DNA from: Octopus sinensis
Taxonomy: Eukaryota
Length of the DNA stretch: 64,000 bases
Direction of reading: 5' to 3'
Assembly (NCBI RefSeq): GCF_006345805.1
Contig: NC_043002.1
Location: forward strand, 30,752,001-30,816,000
The first letter of the stretch is position 1. Each line of letters begins with the position of its first letter. The notes under the pieces are model-generated. The model was not told the origin of the DNA, ran no database searches, and saw nothing but the letters and a program-made list of their open reading frames with translations. The translations under genes were made by a program, and so were the position numbers. Below, piece by piece: positions 53,040 to 64,000 of the stretch.

Positions 53040-54365
53040 CCCTCTAATTTTGGCAGAAGGCTAGAAATTTTGTGGGGAGGAGACAGGTCCATTCTATCGA
53101 CTCCAGTTTTTAACTGGTACTTTATTTTATCGACCACCGAAAGTGAGGGAAAGCAAAGTTTGCCTCGGTAGGATTTGAGCTTAAAACGATAAGAGCCGGA
53201 ATAAATAGCTCTAAGCATTTTAGCATTTTGTTCGACGAACCAGCATGTCACCAAATTTCTGATCATCAATAATCCTTTTTATAATAAGGCCTGAAATTTT
53301 GAGTTAGGGGGCTAATCGACAACGTCAATCCCAGTGCTTAACTGGCACGACTCCGAAAAGATGGAAAGCAAAGTCCACCTGAGTAGAATTTTGAACTCAG
53401 AACGCAAAACCGGAAGTAATACCGTTGCTAAGTATTTTCTCCGGTGAGCTTATGATTCTCTCAGCACGCCCCGTAATTTCTCATCATCAATAATAAAGGA
53501 ATATTTTAAAGTTTTAGGCGGGGTAGTTACTCGATTAGATCGAAAACTGTAATTGACTGGTTCTTTATTTTACGACTTGGGTCGAAACCTTGTGAAATTA
53601 CACCTCGTTTGGACTTGAACTCAAAAGAGAAGGAGATGGAACAGATATCATAAGGTATTTTGTCAGACAACCCAAAATATTTTGCCAAACACTTATACTG
53701 GCATAAGGCAAGAAATTTGCGAGGTAAAACCTGATTACATTAATCCAGTGAAGGTGCATGTCTTAGTAGTCAGGGTGTTGGACCCATGATCGTAAGACTG
53801 TGCTCTCGATTCCTAGACTGGGCGATTCATTGCGTTCTTGAGTAAAACACTTCATTTCACGTTGCTCCAGTCCACTCAGCTGGCAAAAATGAGTAACCCA
53901 GTAACGGACCTTTGTCTCTTCCAGTAGAGGGAATATATATATATATGTCAGAGAGACTGGGAAACTGGCCCTACACTCCCTATGGAATAATGCAGATTAA
54001 CCAGCAGGGCCAATATCATCAAGTACTCTTTTCTCCAAATTGACTGTAATTTCATTTTGTGGATTCCAGAAGGATGAAAGTCAAAATTAACCTCGATGTG
54101 ATTTGACTTCTCAAGATATAAAATGGAATAAGTAAATACTGCAATGCCCTTTTCTTGACCATTTGATCGCTCTACTAAAACCCAGCTCCTGCAAAAGTAA
54201 TAATTACTCTTAACATACGCACAAAACCAAAAATTCGGGCCAAGAGTTCGTTGATTAAATTGCTCCAAACTATCCAAGTTAAGCTTTATTTTATTGTTCC
54301 TGATGAAATGAAAGTCAATGTTGACGACAGTAGGATTTGAACTCAGGATTTTGAGATTTTGAACT
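53040..54365 (-). mobile_element. Cluster of ~5 co-oriented decayed SINE family B copies
   Basis: Recurrent CTGGTACT..TTTATCGAC..GAAAG.ATGAAAG.CAAAGT..ACCTCG..GATTTGAACTCAG at ~53110, 53340, 53550, 54040 and 54300. Confidence 0.6.
53755..53905 (+). mobile_element. SINE family C (CORE-like)
   Basis: TTGCGTTCTTGAGTAAAACACTTCATTTCACGTTGCTCCAGTCCACTCAGCTGGCAAAAATGAGTAAC. Confidence 0.8.
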
Positions 54366-55719
54366 GAAGGGAATTATCTCTGAAGCTTTAACAATTCTTT
54401 TGTAATGTATTCTTTGATTTTGTCCCTCGGGGTTCTTTCAAGCATACAAAATATGTTATACGCAGGACAAAATAGAGGAAGGGCAAATACATAAACAAGT
54501 AGATTTGTTACAAATTTATTGTAAATTATATAATGATGTAATAAGAGTAAATAAATAGTGAATAAATAACTAAATACGAAGAAATAATTATATAAAACAC
54601 AATAATTAAATATAATAACAAGTTTTCCTAACCAGAGTTGTGGTCACATACAGCACAAATAGTTGGGCCCTACAAATCTAGCAGGACAGTTGCATGAACA
54701 GTCCCTGATACGGTTTCTAAAACCGATATTAACTTCTCAATAGAATCTGTCTCTTACATGATGAAGATTGCATGTAACTGTAAGGAATAAACGTTGATAA
54801 ACGAGATATTCTTAGAAAATTTGAAAGAGAAACAGAGAACACAAAGTTTGGATAGACTACATAAAGCGAATAGAAATATTCCTCATTCACAGACTCTTTA
54901 AGTCAATGGAAGTATATGTATGATTCCCTAGTTGTTACGCGATTAATTAAAATTAACATCCAAAAATGTAAAACAAATGCAGTATTAAATCCCTATGAAA
55001 ATGTCTTAGAATCTGAAACAATTTATAAATATTAGAGAATATTCCAAGATTTGCTCTTACGACTTTTGGCCTATCTTGCTGTTGCCCCGTTAAACTCTAA
55101 AGTGTACAGAAACTTCAATGGTATCGTTCGAATATTTTACATTCTTAAATTCCTTTCGTCTATATTCTCAAATCCTTTCTAATATTTACGCGCATACACA
55201 CATGTATACATATATTCGCGCGCGCATGTATGTATTCATTATAGGAAAAATTATTTCGAAATAACAATATATGTGTGTTTGTGTGTGTATTATTTTTAAA
55301 TAATTTTTCCAATAAAATATTTAGTTGAATTTTGGTTAATTATTAATTTTAAATTTGTGCAGCAGTATAGAAGAAAAGTATAACTACAAGAACAGCAATA
55401 ACTACAACAAACAACATGGATGAAACTATAAAAACAAAATCGAATACATTAGAATTAAAGAGATTATAATGAGCGATAACATTATGTATTATAATAGATA
55501 TATCATTTTTTACTTTTTCACTACATAGTAGCAGAATCGTTAGAGTGTCGAATAAGATTCCTTGTAATGTTTGTTTCGGCTCTTGTAATACATTTACACT
55601 TGACATGTTGGTGTACATTCAAAAGTGAAGAAACGTTCACGATGGGAACTTGCTTTGGAGTAGATATTCTTTTTTTTTTAATTGAAATGTTCATATGTTC
55701 TTTTATTCGAATGTACAAC

Positions 55720-56060
55720 TAATGTAGGGCGTCCCACATTTGCTGCAGACTACTTCGCATACCGCATAAAAAAAGAGAGACATAGTAGAGGAAGAGAGAG
55801 AGAAATAGCGTGAAAGAGAAAAGGAAAGAAAAAGGGAGAAATAGGGAGAGGTATACGATTCTAAAAGTTAGATCTTGAACAGCTTTTGACGTCATCGAAG
55901 GGGCAATTCAGTAGTGTCACCCTTCGATGCTACCTGTGATATTATTTTTGAACAGATATTTCCACGGGTATGCACCAGCGCACAGCATATGTATGTAGGG
56001 TTCCTCTCTGAGGATCGCCTGTTGTATAACCGGAGTTATGTTCTGTCTTGGAAGTAGGGC
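55720..56060 (-). mobile_element. Inverted, diverged PLE linker/GIY-YIG fragment with an AG-rich interruption
   Basis: Minus strand aligns with 56420-56665 (GTTATACAACA.GCGATCC.CAG.GAGGAAC; GGAAATATCTGT; AGTCTGCAG.AAATGTGGG.CG.CCTAC). Confidence 0.6.
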
Positions 56061-56960
56061 TGTATCTCAAATTTGAAATAGAGCACCAGGACGAATCCGG
56101 AACACACTTTCTGCTAGATTTCCAAATCAAATTCATAGAGGAGGGTTCCATCATACTGATTTTTACAGAAAATCATCCAGTAGGAACTTTACAATCAGCC
56201 CTGCCCACCAAAGCCAAATTCACACACGTGTGAATTGAAATCACACGCATAAACGACAGAGGCAGCGAAACAACCGACAAATCTAACACCAAGCGGTTCC
56301 TCAAGAACTTAACGCACAACATCTATCCGCCACCTGTAGCCAAACGACTGCATCTACAAAACATCAAAGTGGATAAACCATATCAAAGGGCTCATAGTCC
56401 CAAGACTGATATGTGCTTCCTCAAACTGCTCAACTTCGATGACAGAATAACTGCAGTTATACAACACGCGATCCGCAGGGAGGAACTGTCAACGCACACT
56501 TAGTGCACATCGCTCCTCGCTGAGGAAATATCTGTGGGGGAATAATACCACAGGTAGCGGTGTGTCGTGCACACTATGCAATTGCCTCGTAAATGACGTC
56601 AATACGTGCTCGAGGGTCTATGTGGTATATGATATAGTCTGCAGTAAATGTGGGGCGTCCTACTTCGGGAGTACCACCAGGAGGTTAACCTTCCAGTAAA
56701 AGAACATATATGCACAGACACTTCAATAAACATACCACCTGAAGAAGTGCCAGACCTATGATTTTAAAATATCCCTTTGGCCTCTCAACATGAGAGAGTC
56801 AATCTCAGTGTCAGGGAGGTCCTCTTAATCAACGAACTGAAAGCAGCCATTAACGGCAGGAAGAAGCTACATAAGACAGACTGGTTACAGACCATTCCTT
56901 ACTTTTCCAACCCAAATATCCTGAAAAGGAGGTTATAGCTCCGAAATTTAGAAATACAAA
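56040..56960 (+). mobile_element. Penelope-like element 3' part (RT thumb, GIY-YIG, terminal hammerhead-like remnant)
   Basis: LKFEIEHQDESG.HFLLDF; VVYDIVCSKCGASYFGSTTRRL (56622-56687, GIY-YIG); REVLLINELKAAINGR; then CTGAAAA-GGAG(GTTATAG)CTCC-GAAA (56921-56946). Confidence 0.8.
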
Positions 56961-57034
56961 TAAAACTGCAATTTTTTTTGTTTTGTCTTCCTTTTGTAGC
57001 AATATATATTTATGTATGTACGCATGTATGTATA

Positions 57035-57035
57035 A

Positions 57036-57123
<88 letters not shown>

Positions 57124-57179
57124 TATCTATCTATCTATTTATCTATCTATCTATTTATCTGTCTATCTATTTATCTGTC

Positions 57180-57218
<39 letters not shown>
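57035..57218. repeat. (TATC)n-(TA)n microsatellite
   Basis: Direct sequence. Confidence 0.95.
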
Positions 57219-57221
<3 letters not shown>

Positions 57222-58777
57222 AACATAGAGCAACAAATACGAAAACCATATTGGTTTTCTCATTTATTGCTATATGACAAAACTGTAAAACACAATATAA
57301 TGAAGTATATTTGCACTTATTTCTGAATCAGTGATATGAGTCACATTACAGAACTGTACAATACATGCGTGGTTGGATAAAAAGATATATTGACTTCAAT
57401 ATCCAGTTTCTATTCAACTCTGATAAAGGTAGGATATTAGAAGTGCTCCACTAACCAGAAGAACTATTGATGTTCTCTTTGGTAATTGGAAGATTACAGG
57501 TTGAATTAATAATGTTTCTCACTGTAGTCATTCAGTGTCAGCCATGACAGATGAGAATGTTCAACAAGTCAGCCAGTATTATGAACAATATCCTTAGACA
57601 TCTCTAATAGGTGTTTAATCTCAAGAGAATGTCATCCAGAAGTCAATGTGACATATTCTCTAAAGTTATAAGTTAGATCACTTGATTTTACAAAAACGGG
57701 CAAGATTTTCATCTTTAAGTTCAATTGTACAAAGAAATATTCCTTTTTGTTACTGGACTCGTAACTTGGTTAGAGAAGCAAAATTACATTTGGATGGATT
57801 TGTTATCAGCTGCAACATATATTTTAGTACATCTAATCTTCATGAAACTGTAGATAAAGGTAGGCATAGGAATCAGTCGTGAGCTTCAGCTGCAAAGCGC
57901 TTGTTTCTTATTTCTGTATTGCCCACAAGGGGCTACACACAGAGGGTACAAACAAGGACAGACAAATGGATTAAGTCGACTACATCAACCCCAAGGACCT
58001 TTCTTTTCTGCCGGCACGCAGAAAGTTGCTCGTTACGATGAGGTGTTAGACCGTTAACTCCTAGTGTGTACTTTATTTCTCTTTTAGCGTCACAAGCATT
58101 TTCAAATGAATGCTTTTACATCTCATTTTGTTAACATCATAGGATCTTACCTAAAGAAGCATTTAACTGAGCGCTGCATAAGGCACCGAGGTATATTTGT
58201 GAATGGCATTGTAATGCTTTAACTTGATAGTTGCAGATTTATTCATGTAACTATACCATAAAATGAAGCCCACCAACACAGCCTTACAATTATCAAGCAG
58301 TTATGCGCTACAATCGTTCATGAATTTGCGTCAGCTGGTTTGTGTCTTAAAATTAACTAATCGGCTTCCAAAATATTGTAAACCACCATTTTCAGCATTT
58401 GATTTGAATGTAGTAAATTTTGATGCTTTTATTTCAAATACATTATTCGCATGGAAGTAGTCAACTGTAGATCTTGCTAACTTTTAGAGAGGTATAATAT
58501 TTTGTGTCCTATTCGCTGTATACCTCTCCACATTTCTCTCGTCTTCTCATTTTTCTTCACTTTTTCCCTTTCTCGCCATTTTTCTCCCTCTTCCTCTACT
58601 GTCTCTTTCTCTCTATATAAATACCTGAGCGTGTATGCATGTGTGTGTGCAAGTGCATGTGTTTGTATACATATACCTACACACACAAACATATATATAT
58701 ATATATATATATATGATATTTATGTGTTACCATACATATATTTAATATATGTGGTGTATATATATATGTATAATATA

Positions 58778-58820
<43 letters not shown>

Positions 58821-59611
58821 CTATATATAATATAATATACATACATACATACGCGTGCACAGTCACACATATAGAGCGATCTCACTGCATGTATGGTGCG
58901 CGAGTTTGTACAAATTTACGCGCACACTGATAAATAAAGGCGATGCTAATACTTCTAAATTGATTTTAAATCATGCACACATGACACCGTTTACTTATTT
59001 TCACCGACTGAACGCAGCAATTACTCGGCTGGATCTATCATCGATGGCTTCATAAATCTAGATGATGTTGTCAAGTGGAATATAACTCGACTTCACACAC
59101 AGACACACAACATAAAGTTACTTCATAATTAACTAAACCTTTTGTCTTGATACTCTCAAGCTTTCCTGAACTTCCAAATATATTTCTCTATTTCTATATA
59201 GTTATCATTATATGCCAAACATATATACATATACAGACATGCATACACACTACACACATTCCGACGTATATCATCTTTTGGTTGTATTATGCATAATGGA
59301 CAAAAAAGTGTTGGAAACGTAAATTCATACACACATATGCCCATAGTTAAACTATTTTACTTGTTTCATTCATTGGAAGGTGGCCATGTTTGAGCTGCGC
59401 CATTAGTCGGATAAATCGACCCAAGTGTTAATCTTACGCCTATCTATATTTTTGCCTGTTTGCTGGGCCGCAACATTAGAAACATTTAAACAAACCAACA
59501 CCGATTATCACTGAGTAGCTAGAACGAACAAAAGCACAAAGACGCTTATACACACACACACACACACACACTTTCTCTCATATACACAAATTCATTTATA
59601 TATGTATATTC

Positions 59612-59883
59612 CCGTGATCACCGTGCTACACATCACTGGTCACAATGCGCTTCGCATTGTTTTAGCCTTCAAATGACGCCACCCCGCTGGCTAAGCGAGC
59701 AGGCCTATAGAAGAAAGAGTGAGAGAAAATTGTAGAGAAAGAGTACAGTAGGGATCACCACTACCCCCTGCAGGAACCTCGTGGAGCTTTAGGTGTTTTC
59801 GCTCAATAAACACTCACAACGCCCGATCTGGGAATCGAAACCGCGAGTCCGCTGCCCTAACCACTGGGCCATTGCTCCTCCAC
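59612..59883 (-). mobile_element. tRNA-derived SINE family D
   Basis: Minus head GTGGAGGAGCAATGGCCCAGTGGTTAGGGCAGCGGACTCGCGGTTTCGATTCCCAG (A/B-box-like) with a body unlike families A-C. Confidence 0.75.
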
Positions 59884-60496
59884 GCAATGTATATATGCAT
59901 ATATGTATGTATATATGCATGTATGTGAGGAGATGAGATATGCGCGTGGCTTAGTGTTTGGGGTGATGCGCTCACGATCTTGAGATCAATGTTTCCATCG
60001 CCTGACTGACTGTATGTTGGGTGCTTGAGCAAAGATTTCATTTCACATTGGTGCAGTTCACTCAGCTTTAAGTGGGTAATCTTGAGACAGATTGGCGTAC
60101 AACTATAGGGTGGCGACTCTGGAAAAACACTCGAGCTGATATTTCACGTTTTGAAATTCAGAGATCGAATGGAGGAATTGTGCAACCTGTTGTGTGAAAC
60201 CCTACTGGTTGGGATTGGTTGTGGAATCACGTGGAAGTATGGTGATGAATGAAATCTGTATGTGTATGTGTGTGTTTGTATGCGTTAGAGAGATATAGAG
60301 AGAGAGGAAAAGCGGGTGAGTGCGAGAGAGAGAGAGGAAAAGTGAGTGAGTATGTGTGAAAGAGAGAGAGAGAGAGCGAGAGCGAGCGAGAGAGTGAGAG
60401 AGACAGACAGATTTTGTATGAGTGTGTGTGTATGAATGTGTGTATGTCTTAAAGAGAGAGTGAGAGAGAAGACAGATTGTGTGTGTGTGTGTGTGT

Positions 60497-60532
<36 letters not shown>

Positions 60533-60936
60533 TGTATGTTATGAATTAAACATCATTTTCGAATAGTTAAATATCAGCTTATCGACGGATACATTGGCAA
60601 TTGTTGTTTGGGGTACATTAACTTTGGAAAGTAAAACGTGTGGTAACGGCTCTACTGGAAGTTTTGTATGAAAAGTTTCTCCTGATTCCACCACAACTGG
60701 CAAAATTTAAAAATTACGTATGCCCAAATAAACATAAATCTGTTAATCAACTTCAGTGAGTGCTGAAGGTAATATTTATGCATAAAACAAGCATTAAAAT
60801 ACACACACACACACACAAATACACACACATATGTGCGTGTACACACATATAAATATATATCATACATACATAATATACACGCACGCATATATATATATAC
60901 ATAAAAAGAGGTAGTGAATTATGCATAAGGTGTATA

Positions 60937-60993
<57 letters not shown>

Positions 60994-60994
60994 C

Positions 60995-61038
<44 letters not shown>

Positions 61039-61337
61039 ACTATATATATATATATATATAGTCGTACACACATATGCACTCGTGTACTGTCTATTTAATA
61101 TATTACAAATCTGTGTCTACTCTATCATATCTATCTTCTTTGTAATTAGCTCTTATATTTTTTTATATATGCATGCCTATAATTTTATAATCTCTTATCT
61201 ATATATATATATATATATGTGGTGTGTGTGTGTTGTGTGTGTGTGTGGTGTGTGTGATTATGCGTGTCTATATGTGTGTATGTGTGCACGTGTGCATTTG
61301 TGTGTACATACAAATACATATACCTATACACACACAG

Positions 61338-61372
<35 letters not shown>

Positions 61373-61701
61373 TATACATACATATATACATAGATTTATA
61401 GATTGTTAAATCCATTTGTCATTATACATATAGAAGCCATCAGTAAGAGTAACTCACTCAGATACAGTCAAATAAGTGCAATGATAAACTGAATAATTGA
61501 TATCTCTGATGATATATTGTCGTGATTGATGATATCATCTGGCCAGTACATTAAATATAAAAATAATGATAAAGATATCATAAAAAGCTTAGCTTAGCGA
61601 GACATACGCCTTATATAAATATAAAATCGACAATACAAATCAGCGAAAAACATTTGTACCCGCAAACACTAAACATATGCACACACGCTAACGCATACAC
61701 A

Positions 61702-61775
<74 letters not shown>

Positions 61776-61849
61776 ATATATATATATATGTTATATATAT
61801 ATATATATGCTATATATATACTATACACACACAACGCGACAACAAAGAC

Positions 61850-61886
<37 letters not shown>

Positions 61887-62373
61887 ATTTGTTAGGGAAT
61901 ACAAATTCCGGCATAACAGGGGTTCAAATTATTCTCAATGAAGAAATATATATTTTCATTTAGAGCTAGTAAGCCCCTTCATCTTACCATATAAAAAAGA
62001 ATTTTTATTTGAAATACTACTTTATAACTTGGCTACACGTGTTTCATGAGGTACATTTCCCGGTTCATAAACCACTCCATATTTTGCTGGAACCATTCTT
62101 AAAATATAATCCCAATCATCAGGCCCCCATATCCGTTTCGGGATGGTCAAACAACGCTCCTTACTTTGTACTCTAATTACTTAGTACACTAATACTGCAG
62201 CATTGCAAGGCAGGTTAAGTGAGCATGATTCATTGCACTTGAATGTGTATTCCGTGCTGTCTTGACTATGATGACTGGCTTACTACGTACATTTCCTTCC
62301 TGACAGGAAATGGCTACATCTATAATTTGTTCCTCTAACAGACCTCATGCTGAATCCCCGAGGATTAATCTTA

Positions 62374-62414
<41 letters not shown>

Positions 62415-62489
62415 TAAATAAAACATATGCATATATATAAACATATATGTACGTACCTACCTCTACATGTACATATACACGCATATATG

Positions 62490-62702
62490 AGTACAGGACA
62501 CCAAAAAGACGTCGAACACAATGAGAAACGAAAACATAGACACAAACCCAAGGAACTGGACATTTTTTTAAACAACCAAAAAATAGAGTGCAGGACAATT
62601 AACACAAAGAATAAACCCCTTCTTCAGTCGCTATGGTTTCGTCTACTCTACGTTTCGAAGGTGAAAGCGAGACGTATCTTCGACAAGAAACTTTCCTTCC
62701 TG
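62490..62702 (-). mobile_element. (TA)n-embedded short element, PLE-terminus-like
   Basis: Flanked by TA arrays; minus strand has CGAAG...CTTCGAAACGTA and CTGAAGA followed by a T-rich tail. Confidence 0.4.
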
Positions 62703-62747
<45 letters not shown>

Positions 62748-62748
62748 A

Positions 62749-62966
62749 AATAAATGCGCCCTTTTAAAGCTTAGGCAGGCTCATGAGCCCGGTTTCCCGG
62801 TTTCAATGGTGTATGTGATCGCATCGTTTCTCATTTTTGCCAGCTGAGTGGACCGGAGCAACGTGAAATGAAGTGTTTTGCTCAAGAACACAACGCGTCG
62901 CCCGGTCCAGGAATCGGAACCACAATCTTGATGCTGACACCCTAACCACTAAGCCACGCGCATCCA
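62749..62966 (-). mobile_element. SINE family C (CORE-like)
   Basis: Homologous to 38418-38671 from ATAAATGC.CCCTTTTAAAGC to CTAACCACTAAGCCACGCGC. Confidence 0.85.
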
Positions 62967-62968
62967 CT

Positions 62969-63027
<59 letters not shown>

Positions 63028-63431
63028 TGAGAGAGAGAGAGAGAGAAAGCGATAGATAAATTGATAGATATATAGATATTACGAATATGATGTGATGTCT
63101 TGTATTCCGCTTTTGCTTTCTTTATGTATTATATAATCGATCCTCTCTCTATCCACGCTAACACCAGGGAACCATCGAAAATGTAACAAATGGAGGAAGC
63201 TCCTCTACTTGGTAGACCTTGGAAATTTCACTGGATCCGTCACTGCGTCCAGCACTGACTTGGTACTCAGTTTTAGCTGAGCAGACATGAACGTCTTCAA
63301 AATAAATGCTTTGATCAAGGAAGAAACGCATAATCTTGTCCAGTAATCGAACCTTGGATCATACGATCATAAGCCCAACATCCTAATTACTAAGCCATGC
63401 ACTTTCGACCCGCCTCCTTTTATATAAATAT

Positions 63432-63664
63432 ACTCTCTTACTCTTTTTACTCTTTTACTTGTTTCAGTCATTTGACTGCGGCCATGCTGGAGCACCACAT
63501 TTAGTCGAGCAAATCGACCCCGGGACTTATTCTTTGTAAGCTCCGTACTTATTCTATCGGTCTCTTTTGCCGAACCGCTAAGTGACGGGGACGTAAACAC
63601 ACCAGCATCGGTTGTCAAGCGATGCTGGGGAGTCAAACACAGGCACACACACACACACACACAC

Positions 63665-63709
<45 letters not shown>

Positions 63710-63892
63710 ACATATATATACATATATACGACAGGCTTCTTTCAGTTTCCGTCTACCAGATCCACTCACAAGGCATTGGTCGGCCCGGGGCTATAGCAGA
63801 AGACACTTGCCCAAGGTGCCTCGCATTGGGAATGAACTCGGAACCATGTGGTTGGTTAGCAAGCTACTTACCACACAGCCACTCCTGCGCCT
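63432..63892 (-). mobile_element. SINE family A, full length, with internal (CA)n
   Basis: Complete 5' tRNA-like head, internal microsatellite and 3' module; homologous to 3718-4131. Confidence 0.95.
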
Positions 63893-64000
63893 TCAAATAC
63901 GATCATACATACACTCACAATATATATGTATGGGCCTATGTGTACTTTTCTATGTGTGATTGTGTGTGTGTGTGTGTCTGTATGTGTGTGTGTGTGAAGG

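Noticed and set aside
55893-55929. 10-bp perfect hairpin CATCGAAGGG/CCCTTCGATG
   Set aside because: Not conserved in the homologous plus-strand PLE segment; likely chance or local conversion

Overview
This is AT-rich, repeat-saturated eukaryotic DNA. The SINE families and microsatellite load point to an octopodid cephalopod (inference). No host gene can be supported, and most six-frame ORFs are microsatellite translations. The window contains: (i) dense simple repeats (AAT, TA, AGAT, TATG, CA, GAA); (ii) at least four tRNA-derived SINE families; (iii) decayed LINE fragments of CR1-like, RTE-like and R4/Dong-like (RLE endonuclease) type, the last stacked in (TAA)n arrays; (iv) an internally deleted mariner and a mariner MITE; (v) several Penelope-like element (PLE) RT/GIY-YIG remnants plus short PLE-terminus-like units lodged in (TA)n. 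The most interesting signal is a set of minimal hammerhead-ribozyme-like motifs (CTGANGA / stem II / GAAAC + palindrome). They occur in ~210-bp discrete, ORF-less units with identical ends, in inverted-repeat structures, and directly behind a GIY-YIG ORF. Together they suggest a multi-family, microsatellite-targeting, ribozyme-bearing non-autonomous PLE system. All family assignments come from manual translation and motif recognition, with no database search.
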